A stretch of DNA of 64,000 nt from an uncultured virus (IMG/VR IMGVR_UViG_3300028920_000053) (lineage: Duplodnaviria; Heunggongvirae; Uroviricota; Caudoviricetes). Below are positions 34,399-43,108 of this stretch, in pieces; within the stretch, counting starts at the first letter, position 1; every line of letters starts with the position of its first letter. The notes beneath the pieces were generated by a model, which saw only the letters and a program-made list of their open reading frames with translations, made no database searches and was not told the origin of the DNA. The stretch lies in the IMG/VR virus record IMGVR_UViG_3300028920_000053; one strand, written 5' to 3'. The translations under genes and the position numbers were made by a program.

Positions 34399-35793
34399 AT
34401 GTCCAACCTGATCGTTGGCGTGCCCCCCGCAGTCGTGAACCTGGTTCAGCAAGGGCTGCTGGAGCGCGCTTTCCACGACGGGCTGTTCCCCGCGTTGCAG
34501 TACAGAGCTGAGGCGCAGGAAGAGGAATGGCCAGCCAACACGGGCACCGAAATCTTCATGACTCGCCCGGGGCTCCTGACCCCGCGCACGAAGCCGCTCA
34601 CGCCTGGCCAGGACCCGACGCCGCAGACGGTGAACTACGAGCAGTGGGTCGCTCGGCTCGCCCGCTACGGCGACACGATCGACACCCATGTGCCGACCAG
34701 CGTCGTGTCGAACGCGGACCAGTTCCTGCGGAACATCCACCAGCTCGGGCTCCAGGCGGGCCAGTCGCTGAACCGGATCCCCCGCAACGAGCTGTTCAAG
34801 TCCTACCTGTCGGGGCAGACGGTCCTGATCGCGGCGACCGCCGCGGCTGACACGAGCATCCGCGTCGCATCCCTGAACGGGTTCGTCGATGTGATCGTGC
34901 CGGGGACGAACGTCCGACCCCAGCCGGTCAGCTCGAGCACGCCCCTGACGATCACCCTCGACCCGGCGGGCACTCCCGTGACCTTGTCGGTCGTGGGCTA
35001 CGACCCGGACGATCCCGAGGATCCTGCCGGTCCCGGCACGCTCCACATCGACGGCACGGTCGGCGCGATCGTCGCGGTCCGATCTCCCGTCATCTCGGCG
35101 AACCGCCCCACCGTGATCCGAGCGGGCGGCGGCGAGTCGGTGGACGCGATCGGCGCGGCCGACGTCTTCCAGCTGCAGGACGCGATCAATGCGGTCAACC
35201 GGCTGCGGAAGAACAACGTCATGCCGCACGAGGACGGGTTCTATCACGCCCACATCTCGACCGACGGCAACGGCCAGGTCTTCACCGACCCCGCCTTCCA
35301 GCGGCTGAACACGGCGCTCCCCGATCATGTCTACTACCAAGAAGCGTTCATCGGGACGATCGCCGGCATCGCGTTCTTCCTGAACACGGAGAGCCCGGAC
35401 CCGGTCAACTCGGGAGCCCGCACGGCGACCGGCACGAACGCCTTCTACTCGGAGGACATCGGGGCCGAGACGACCAACGAGACGGGCGTCGACATCGGGC
35501 GCATCATCGTGACCGGCCGCGGCGCGATGTACGAGCGGTGGCTGGACGAGTCGGCCTACGTCACCGAGGCCGGCGTCACCGGGAAGACCGGGGAGTTCAC
35601 GGTCATCAACCAGGGCATGGAGGTGCTCACCGAGCGCATCCGCCTGATCCTCCGGGCGCCGATCAATCGCCTACAGGACATCGTCGCGGCGACCTGGTCC
35701 ATCACGACCTCGTTCCCGATCCCGAGCGACATCACGGCCGGCGGACCCCAGCGGTTCAAGCGGGCCATCGTCATCGAGCACGCCCAGGACTAG
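34399..35793 (+). CDS. Major capsid protein
   Basis: 464 aa, strong RBS and codon bias, position after scaffold; HK97-fold-like pattern (P.T.PLTPG, YGDT.D, QAGQSL, YHAHI). Confidence 0.85.
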   Translation: MSNLIVGVPPAVVNLVQQGLLERAFHDGLFPALQYRAEAQEEEWPANTGTEIFMTRPGLLTPRTKPLTPGQDPTPQTVNYEQWVARLARYGDTIDTHVPTSVVSNADQFLRNIHQLGLQAGQSLNRIPRNELFKSYLSGQTVLIAATAAADTSIRVASLNGFVDVIVPGTNVRPQPVSSSTPLTITLDPAGTPVTLSVVGYDPDDPEDPAGPGTLHIDGTVGAIVAVRSPVISANRPTVIRAGGGESVDAIGAADVFQLQDAINAVNRLRKNNVMPHEDGFYHAHISTDGNGQVFTDPAFQRLNTALPDHVYYQEAFIGTIAGIAFFLNTESPDPVNSGARTATGTNAFYSEDIGAETTNETGVDIGRIIVTGRGAMYERWLDESAYVTEAGVTGKTGEFTVINQGMEVLTERIRLILRAPINRLQDIVAATWSITTSFPIPSDITAGGPQRFKRAIVIEHAQD

Positions 35794-35909
35794 CGCCCTG
35801 ATGGGCGCGGCCATCCCGTAGGCGGCGGACCCCGTGGCCCGCCGCCTCTCGGGGTGTTAGTCTGGACTCAGCAACCGGACGTCAGCACGGCGTCCACAGG
35901 AGGAGCCCG

Positions 35910-36257
35910 ATGGCAAGAACCGCGAAGGAAAGGCCGCAAGGCAAGGAAGACGAGCAGGTCCAGGTACTCTCCAGGGCCGAGCCCGAGCACATCACCCCGA
36001 AGGCCAACGACCCCGACGTCGTGGCGGACGCGACGCGCAGGGAACCGAAGCGCACGGCCGAGCAGCGAGCAGCCGCTCAGCAGTCCAAGCCGAAGCCGAT
36101 CGAGTATTACCGCGTCGTTCGCGGCGGACGGATCTCGGCGGCAGGCGGACGGACCCTGATGCGCGAAGGCAAGGTCATCGACACCCTGAACTACAATCCG
36201 GAGAAGCTGCGACAGCAGGGCATCCTGCTCGAGCGGCTCGAAGGCGACCTCCGATAG
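35910..36257 (+). CDS. Hypothetical head-associated protein
   Basis: RBS AGGAGG; own TAGTCT -10 near 35858. Confidence 0.65.
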   Translation: MARTAKERPQGKEDEQVQVLSRAEPEHITPKANDPDVVADATRREPKRTAEQRAAAQQSKPKPIEYYRVVRGGRISAAGGRTLMREGKVIDTLNYNPEKLRQQGILLERLEGDLR

Positions 36258-36281
36258 CAGGAGGAGGGAAGGTCTCAGGCG

Positions 36282-36680
36282 GTGCCCCTCACCGAGCACG
36301 AGAAGGTCAAGGTCCGACACCACGCGGGTTACCTGAACGTGGCGGAGGCCGCGACCTTCGTGCTCGGTACGCCGGCCTCGGTGGAGACGCAGTTCATCAT
36401 CGAGGGCGCGATGAACCGGGTGCTGGAGGTCGCGCTTCCGGAGGTGCGCCGCCACCTTCAGATCCTCGACAGCCTGGAGGAGCAGATGGTCTTCGACCAC
36501 GAGCTGCTGGCTGTCGAGAGCCTGGGGGAGATCACGGTCAACAACCGTGAGCAGTACCAGCTCACGCAGAGGTACGACTACTGGGTCAACAGCCTGTGCA
36601 ACCTTCTCGGTGCCTACCGGAACCCGTTCGACAAGAGGTGGGGATCGGGGGGCCCGAGCGTGAACGCCAGAGTCCAGTGA
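36282..36680 (+). CDS. Head-tail adaptor (connector)
   Basis: LT..EK.KVR.H.GY N-terminus; synteny. Confidence 0.6.
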   Translation: MPLTEHEKVKVRHHAGYLNVAEAATFVLGTPASVETQFIIEGAMNRVLEVALPEVRRHLQILDSLEEQMVFDHELLAVESLGEITVNNREQYQLTQRYDYWVNSLCNLLGAYRNPFDKRWGSGGPSVNARVQ

Positions 36681-36696
36681 TAGGAGGAACCGATTC

Positions 36697-37080
36697 ATGC
36701 AGAACATCAGACTTTGCCTCGTTGCGCTGGCCATCGCCGTCCTTGCCGGGTGCAACCCGACTGCCAGACGTACCGTCGTCCGTAGCGTGAACGACGCGGC
36801 GCGGGCCGCATGCGAGGCGGCCTTCGGAGAGCATCCCGAGGATCTCCCGCAGGGAGTGACGATCGAGGACATCTGCAAGGCGCACGAGGACGTGTACCCG
36901 TTCGTCAAGGCGATCGTCGGCGCCAAGCAGGAAGTGCTCGACGGGATGGCGTCGGCGCCTCCCGAGCCCGAGCCCGCCGCATGCGAGCCGTGCGAAGAGT
37001 GCGAGGAGTGCAGCTGCCCCGAGCAGGAGCCCGAGCCGGCTCCGGAAGCGGAGCAGCCCGAGCCGGAAGACGGGGGATAA
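36697..37080 (+). CDS. Lipoprotein
   Basis: Lipobox VLAGC after a hydrophobic stretch; C-E-x-C-E-E-C and EP-rich tail. Confidence 0.75.
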   Translation: MQNIRLCLVALAIAVLAGCNPTARRTVVRSVNDAARAACEAAFGEHPEDLPQGVTIEDICKAHEDVYPFVKAIVGAKQEVLDGMASAPPEPEPAACEPCEECEECSCPEQEPEPAPEAEQPEPEDGG

Positions 37081-37698
37081 GTGCCCAGGCCGCGGCCTCT
37101 GACCGGGCCCGAGGCGGCGAAAGGCACGCTTGCCCATCGCCTCACGCGCACGGCCGACAGGCTGCGGCAGTTCTACACCCGCTTCGGCCTCCGATCGAAG
37201 CGGGTGTTTCTCGTCTGGACCCGGTGGACAGGAGAGGAACGGGGAGAAGGGCGCGAAGAGGTGCTCGCCAAGATCGAGCTCCTGCCGACGCCCCGCGTGT
37301 CCGACAGGACCGCGGTGCAGCGCCGACCCTACACCCAGGGCGTCACCTATGACGGGACGATCCGGGTGGACCAGATCAGCGCCGGCGCCTACACGCGGGA
37401 CCAGCTGACGGGCATCGTCATCCCGGGTCGCTCGCCCGAGCTACAGGCGCCCCGCGCGACGATCGGACGGGCCGTCGACGGGACCCGATCCGAGCCGAAG
37501 GACGACCGCAAGGTCGACTTCTACTACCTGCTGCAGGACGACGGACGAGGCGACAACCCGGGATCGGTGCAGCGCTATCGACTGATGGGGGGCCCGAGTC
37601 GCAAGGAGGGCAGCCTGTACTTCGCCGTCAACCTGGAGAAGGCCGAGGAGGAGCCCTCCCGGTTCGGGCGTAGCTACGCCACGGAGGACGACGTCTGA
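37081..37698 (+). CDS. Head closure (stopper)-like protein
   Basis: Synteny and beta-rich pattern. Confidence 0.5.
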   Translation: MPRPRPLTGPEAAKGTLAHRLTRTADRLRQFYTRFGLRSKRVFLVWTRWTGEERGEGREEVLAKIELLPTPRVSDRTAVQRRPYTQGVTYDGTIRVDQISAGAYTRDQLTGIVIPGRSPELQAPRATIGRAVDGTRSEPKDDRKVDFYYLLQDDGRGDNPGSVQRYRLMGGPSRKEGSLYFAVNLEKAEEEPSRFGRSYATEDDV

Positions 37699-38222
37699 TG
37701 GCGGACGTGACGATCGACCTCTCGGAAGCGCCCGCCTACTTCCAGGCGATGAAGGGCAAGCTCCAGAAGGCGGCGAAGCGAGGGCTGGTGTCCGCCGCCT
37801 ATCGTGGCCTGATGGAAATCACGACGCGCATCGTCCCCTCGCGCTCGCCCGTGCCGGTTGACCGTGGGCTGTTCCGGGCGGGATGGAAGGTGGACCCCCA
37901 CGAGCCGGCGGACGGGGCGACCCTTTACAATGATGAGCCCCACGCCGTGTTCATCGAGTTCGGGGTCCGCGGCGAGAACGTCAAGATCGGGACCGCGATG
38001 CTCCAGGCGCTAGCCGAGTGGGCGATGCGGAAGGGGCTCGCCGACGACGAAGACGATGCCGTCGAGGTCGCGTGGGCGGTCGCCAAGGCGGCTCAGTCGC
38101 GGGGCTTCTTCAACCAGCGAAGCGGCGGCGGAATGCAGATCCTGAAGCAGCTGGTCGACGAGGACCTCCCCCGAATCATCGACGAGGAAGTGGGCCGCGA
38201 AGTCCGGAAGGAGATCGGCTGA
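37698..38222 (+). CDS. HK97 gp10-like neck/morphogenesis protein
   Basis: PVDRG.FRAGW...N..PHA.FIEFG motif. Confidence 0.7.
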   Translation: MADVTIDLSEAPAYFQAMKGKLQKAAKRGLVSAAYRGLMEITTRIVPSRSPVPVDRGLFRAGWKVDPHEPADGATLYNDEPHAVFIEFGVRGENVKIGTAMLQALAEWAMRKGLADDEDDAVEVAWAVAKAAQSRGFFNQRSGGGMQILKQLVDEDLPRIIDEEVGREVRKEIG

Positions 38223-38983
38223 TGGCGGTCGACCCGAGGAGCCTGCTGGTCGGCGTCGCGGCGGGGACGGTGTGGCCGCCGCGGCCTCCCCCCGTGCTGC
38301 CCGACAAGGACGCGAGGGACCTCGCCCTGGAGCGGCTCGCGCTGTACATGTCGTGTCTGACATTCCGACGCACGATGGAGAAGAACGCGCCGCCCCAGAA
38401 GTTCCGGATCCCCCGCGAGCGGGTCCACGTCTACCAGCCCGACGATGTCCACAGGCTGGAGTTCCCGGCGATCGGTATCGTCCACGGCCAGGGCTTCCAC
38501 GAATACTACGGCCTTGGTCCGCCGGAGTTCGTCCCTGGCAGCGAGGGGAAGGCGGGCCCCGGCACCGGGCTCCTCCGGCTGTCGGACTATGTCGAGCGGG
38601 TGACGATCGAGGTGATGGCGCACAAGCACTCGTTCAGGCGAGCGATCGTCGCCGGGCTGACCGCCGCGCTGCGCGGCAGCATGACCAGCTCGCGCATCCA
38701 GCTGCACGTCCCCGGATACTACGGGATCCCGGCGTCCTTCTCGCTGGAGGAGACGATGTACCTGGACGAGCCCGACAATGTTCGGAATCGTCGACGGGCC
38801 CACCTGTTCGTCGAGATGAGGATCAACGAGGTTCAGCCGGTCACGGCCGTCCCGATGCAGCCGCCCATCGTGGACTTCGGGGGCGGTCCGAACGACGACA
38901 ACATCTTCGACGGCAACTACTACCTGGACCTCAATGGCACAGTCTTCGGGGTGCGACGGCCCTGCCCCGACGAGGACTCGTAA
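38222..38983 (+). CDS. Tail completion/terminator-like protein
   Basis: Directly before sheath; FPAI motif. Confidence 0.5.
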   Translation: MAVDPRSLLVGVAAGTVWPPRPPPVLPDKDARDLALERLALYMSCLTFRRTMEKNAPPQKFRIPRERVHVYQPDDVHRLEFPAIGIVHGQGFHEYYGLGPPEFVPGSEGKAGPGTGLLRLSDYVERVTIEVMAHKHSFRRAIVAGLTAALRGSMTSSRIQLHVPGYYGIPASFSLEETMYLDEPDNVRNRRRAHLFVEMRINEVQPVTAVPMQPPIVDFGGGPNDDNIFDGNYYLDLNGTVFGVRRPCPDEDS

Positions 38984-39037
38984 CGGGGGCCGGCAAGTGT
39001 TAACCTTCAGCAGAGCGACGACGAGGAGCGACGACAC

Positions 39038-41611
39038 ATGGCAGGTTTCATTCGCAGGTTCCGATTCGACCCCGGACTAGAGGAACTGACCGCGATCGAG
39101 GGCGTGGTCATCATCGACCGCGACCCGCCCGCGAGCATCACAGGGCTCGGCTCGGGCACGGTCCTGCTCGTCGGAGAGTTCGAGGACGGCTGCTTCGACG
39201 ACCCCGTGGAGGTCTTTAGCGGCAACGACTTCCAAACCCAGTTCGGCGGGTTCGGCTACAGCTACGATGGGGTGCGAGGGAACAACCCGAGCGCTCGGGC
39301 TCGACGCGCCGACAACGCCCTGGTGGACGAATACTGGAATGGAAACGGATTCGTCGCCGCCGCAAACAAGAGGTTCCGCCGGCTCATCGTCACGCGCGTC
39401 GACACGACGGTCGGGCAGGTGTCGTTTACTCGGCTCGCCAATGTCGTCGGCAGTAGCGACTTCAACTGGAACCTGGAGCCCGGCTGGTACCTGTCGATCG
39501 ACCTCGACCAGAACGCGTCCACGGCGACGGTCGCCGACCTCGACAGCGCCGCGGGGACCTCGCCGCAGGTGATGACGGGCGGCGAGCAGATGCAGGTCAC
39601 GGTGGACTCGGGGACTCCCCTCGCGCAGACGATCACCTTCACGGCGGTGGCCGGGGCGCTGTCGCAGGCCGACCTCATCAACGAGCTGAACGTCCTCTTC
39701 GGCGATGTCCTGGCATCGGACCAGGGCGCGGGCGTGACCCGGATCAGCAGCCGCGCCGCGGGCACGGCCGGGAACGTGACGATCGACTCCATCGACGCGC
39801 TGCTCACGACCCTGACCGGGTACAACGCGCTCGACACCGCGAGCGGCACGGGGACGAGCCCGACCTTCGTCACCTTCAACGGCGCCGTCGCCACCCTCGA
39901 CAGCGCGGCAGGCAGCTACCCGACGGGCTTCGCCGGCGGGGAGTCGATGACGATCACGATCGACGAGGGGACCACGAACCAGATCGGCCCGGTCCAGGTG
40001 TTCTTCTTGAGCACCGACACGACCCAGGCCCTCGCCATCGACCGCATCAATGCGGCCCTCGGATACACGGCGGCGAGCGACCAGGGCGGCGATGTGACCC
40101 GGCTCGTCGGGCGCGTCCGCGGCACCGGCGGGAACGTCAAGCTGGAAAGCGTCGACCTCGCCGTGACGACCGCGCTCGGATTCGTGGCGGGGACGACGGC
40201 GGGCACCGGCAATGTGTCGGACATCGACCAGGTGACGTTCACCGAGGCCAAGACTGTGATCGAGGCCGCGAGCGCGAGCCTACTGGTCGAGCGAGACTCC
40301 TCCGACCAGATCAGGGTATCGAACACCTCGACCAGCGGGACCACCCGGACCATCCAGGTCGTGGGCGGGACGGCGGCGACTGCCTTCGGGTTCAACATCA
40401 CGGCGGAGGGAGACGCCTTCGTGGGCGTGGACGACACGATCCCGGCCGGCTCCAGGGTGCGCGATGGATCGGCGAACGAGTGGGTCGTGGCCCGGACGGT
40501 CTCGGTCACCGAGGACAACCCCGGCCCTTACCAGGCTTACGTGCGGCCGGCGGTCGACGACGGGACGACTCCCGCGGCCGCGGTCGGGGCCGTGACGGTG
40601 GTCCCGTTCGCGTTCGGCGCCGACGCCTGGAGCGCGATCAACACTGGCCCGCTCACTGCGGCGCTCACCGAGGCCCAGCTCGACGCGGCATACGTGACGG
40701 CGATCGACGCGACGCTGAACGCCAACAAGGTCAGCCGGGAGACGAACATCATCGTGTCCGCGCGGCAGTCCAATGCGGTCCGGGTGCGGCTCCGCTCGAA
40801 CGCCCTGCAGGCGAGCGCCGAGGGTCTCCGAGGGCGCATGGCCGTCATGCGGCCCCCGCTCAAGACCAAGCGGTCCGTCGCCCTCTCGACAGCGGCCCAG
40901 CCCGGCGTCGGTGCCTACCGCGACCAGCGCGTGGTGTACGCCTTCCCCGGCGCGCAGACGTTCCTCCCGCAGATCGCTGAGCGCGGCGTGGCGGGCGGCG
41001 ACGGATTCACGGCGGACGGCATCATTGACACGGGCTTCGACACCTGGGTGGCGAGCGTGATGTCGCAGCTTCCGCCCGAGGAGAATCCCGGGCAGCTCAC
41101 GGACTTCATGACGAACGTCCTGGGAATCGAGCGCGACAACGCGGACGTCCAGGACATGCGCATCGGCGACTACAAGGCGTTCCGCCGGCAAGGCATCGCG
41201 GCCCTGCGCATGGACGATGGGACGGCCATCATCCAGTCGGGCGTCACGAGCGTGAACCCCTCGGTCTTCCCGAACCTGCGCAACATCGCGCGCCGGCGCA
41301 TGGCCGACTTCATCCAGGACTCGATCGCCACGCGAATGAAGGCGTTCGTCAAGAAGCTGAGCACGCCCAACCGGCGCGGCGAGGTGGTCGGGGAGATCCA
41401 GGGATTCCTCGATGGGCTCAAGTCGACCGAGAACCCGAGCCTCCAGAGGATCGACGACTACTTCCTCGATGGGGTGACGGGCAATACGCCCGACGCCCTG
41501 GCGGCCGGCGTGTTCCGCGTGATCATCAAGGTCCGGACGCTGCCGAGCCTCGACGTCATCGTGCTCGACACGACCATCGGCGAGTCGGTCGACGTGTCCG
41601 AGGCCGCCTGA
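39038..41611 (+). CDS. Contractile tail sheath protein with inserted domains
   Basis: N-terminal GV.I.D...P..I.G...LVGEFE.G; C-terminal I..RRMADFI...NTP...G.F...I.VR. Confidence 0.9.
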   Translation: MAGFIRRFRFDPGLEELTAIEGVVIIDRDPPASITGLGSGTVLLVGEFEDGCFDDPVEVFSGNDFQTQFGGFGYSYDGVRGNNPSARARRADNALVDEYWNGNGFVAAANKRFRRLIVTRVDTTVGQVSFTRLANVVGSSDFNWNLEPGWYLSIDLDQNASTATVADLDSAAGTSPQVMTGGEQMQVTVDSGTPLAQTITFTAVAGALSQADLINELNVLFGDVLASDQGAGVTRISSRAAGTAGNVTIDSIDALLTTLTGYNALDTASGTGTSPTFVTFNGAVATLDSAAGSYPTGFAGGESMTITIDEGTTNQIGPVQVFFLSTDTTQALAIDRINAALGYTAASDQGGDVTRLVGRVRGTGGNVKLESVDLAVTTALGFVAGTTAGTGNVSDIDQVTFTEAKTVIEAASASLLVERDSSDQIRVSNTSTSGTTRTIQVVGGTAATAFGFNITAEGDAFVGVDDTIPAGSRVRDGSANEWVVARTVSVTEDNPGPYQAYVRPAVDDGTTPAAAVGAVTVVPFAFGADAWSAINTGPLTAALTEAQLDAAYVTAIDATLNANKVSRETNIIVSARQSNAVRVRLRSNALQASAEGLRGRMAVMRPPLKTKRSVALSTAAQPGVGAYRDQRVVYAFPGAQTFLPQIAERGVAGGDGFTADGIIDTGFDTWVASVMSQLPPEENPGQLTDFMTNVLGIERDNADVQDMRIGDYKAFRRQGIAALRMDDGTAIIQSGVTSVNPSVFPNLRNIARRRMADFIQDSIATRMKAFVKKLSTPNRRGEVVGEIQGFLDGLKSTENPSLQRIDDYFLDGVTGNTPDALAAGVFRVIIKVRTLPSLDVIVLDTTIGESVDVSEAA

Positions 41612-41639
41612 GAAGGAGCCCACCAGAGGAGTCTAGGAG

Positions 41640-42086
41640 ATGCCCGACCAGAGACTAAAAGGCCAGGAAGTGAGCGTCCGCGTGGTGCGGGGCGGCAACG
41701 TCGTCAATTCGATCGACAGTATCAGCACCTTCAACGACCAGGTCGCGCTGGAGCTGAAGGAAGAAGGCTACCTCGGCGAGGTGGTGAACCGCTTCGACGA
41801 GATTCTGAACGGCTTCGGCGGCGACTTCGAGTTCCACGTCACGCGAGGCGATTGGAACGACCTCGTGCAGGCGATCATCGACAGGGCGCAGCGCCGGACC
41901 CCGGACGTCCAGTTCAATGTCATCCGGACGGACTTCTATCCGAACGGGGACTCGGTGACCTACACCTACACCAATGTGTTTTGGGGACCGGTCCCGACGG
42001 CGGTCCCCTCGCGCGGCGACTACGTCAGGCCGCGCATGGAGTTCCGGTGCGGGAAGCGGCCCTACAAGCTGGAATCGATCCTGTAG
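41640..42086 (+). CDS. Tail tube protein
   Basis: 148 aa, follows sheath, beta-rich. Confidence 0.78.
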   Translation: MPDQRLKGQEVSVRVVRGGNVVNSIDSISTFNDQVALELKEEGYLGEVVNRFDEILNGFGGDFEFHVTRGDWNDLVQAIIDRAQRRTPDVQFNVIRTDFYPNGDSVTYTYTNVFWGPVPTAVPSRGDYVRPRMEFRCGKRPYKLESIL

Positions 42087-42194
42087 CCGGCGAGCACGAC
42101 TCCCCGGGCTGGGCGGCGCCGCGGCGACGGTCGGGGCTCCTCCTACGCTCGGTCTGGGGGGTCGCTTCAACCCAAGGGAGGAGAGTTAGCGACC

Positions 42195-42782
42195 ATGACG
42201 ACGATTCAAGAAGCGATGGAGCCGAGCGAGCAGAGCCTCGAAGTCGAGGAGCTGCCGCTCGAGCAGGGAGACCAGGAAGAGGAGCGGGAGAAGAAGGACG
42301 CAGAGGAACCCGCCCTCGGCGTGCCGGAGGCGCGGGCGGGAGGGGCCCCGCCGTGGGTGGTGCTGCCTCCCGACCTCCGCTTCCCGCGGGGAGTCCAGGC
42401 CATCTTCATGCGGTTCCCTTCGAGCTGGACTTCGGCCCCTCACAAGGGCGAGCCGATCGAGGGCGAGGAGGGGCTGTGGCGGCAGTGCATCTGCTGGGAG
42501 ATCAACGTCGGGGACAAGAAGCTGAGCCTACAGCGGGCGCAGTCGGACCCGAATCGAGTCATCGACGAGATGACCAAGCAGATGATCCGGGCCGTCGACG
42601 GGCACAAGTGCTCGTGGGAAGGAACGCCGGGACCCGGCAACATCGAGGTCTGGTGGAGCGAGGTCGGCGAGCGCGTCCGCTCGCTGATGAACAAGGTCTT
42701 CCTGCAGACCCATCAGCTCGGGCGCGAGGAGACGAAACGTTTTTTCGAGAGCTGCATCGCTGTCAGAACCACGGGGGCCTGA
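42195..42782 (+). CDS. Tail assembly chaperone (G-like)
   Basis: Between tube and tape measure; slippery T TTT TTC at 42740-42746. Confidence 0.75.
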   Translation: MTTIQEAMEPSEQSLEVEELPLEQGDQEEEREKKDAEEPALGVPEARAGGAPPWVVLPPDLRFPRGVQAIFMRFPSSWTSAPHKGEPIEGEEGLWRQCICWEINVGDKKLSLQRAQSDPNRVIDEMTKQMIRAVDGHKCSWEGTPGPGNIEVWWSEVGERVRSLMNKVFLQTHQLGREETKRFFESCIAVRTTGA

Positions 42783-43108
42783 GATACGACGAGGCCGGAT
42801 GGACCCTGGACCCCTTCGTTGCAGACCAGCGGCTGCTCGCCTTCGGCCCCTTCCACTTCGGGCCGAAGGCGGCGCAGTTCTGGACGGCATTCGCCACGAG
42901 CGAGGCCGATGTCGACGAGTGGCTCGCGGCCATCGAGTGGATGCAGGCGTTCGTCGCGCGCTACTTGCGGCAGCCCGTGGACGACACAGACTCGTGGACG
43001 CAGGGGAAGCTGGATCGGTTCGTTGAGCTGACCCTGGACTTTCTCAAGAAGGAGGCGCCGCCTGGTGAGAGTGACCTCTCGCGTAGGGCGGAGGACGAGT
43101 GGATGTAG
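42740..43108 (+). CDS. -1 frameshift extension of the chaperone (GT-like)
   Basis: The -1 frame is open from the slippery site to TAG 43106-43108, abutting the tape measure ATG. Confidence 0.75.
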   Translation, partial: FFRELHRCQNHGGLRYDEAGWTLDPFVADQRLLAFGPFHFGPKAAQFWTAFATSEADVDEWLAAIEWMQAFVARYLRQPVDDTDSWTQGKLDRFVELTLDFLKKEAPPGESDLSRRAEDEWM

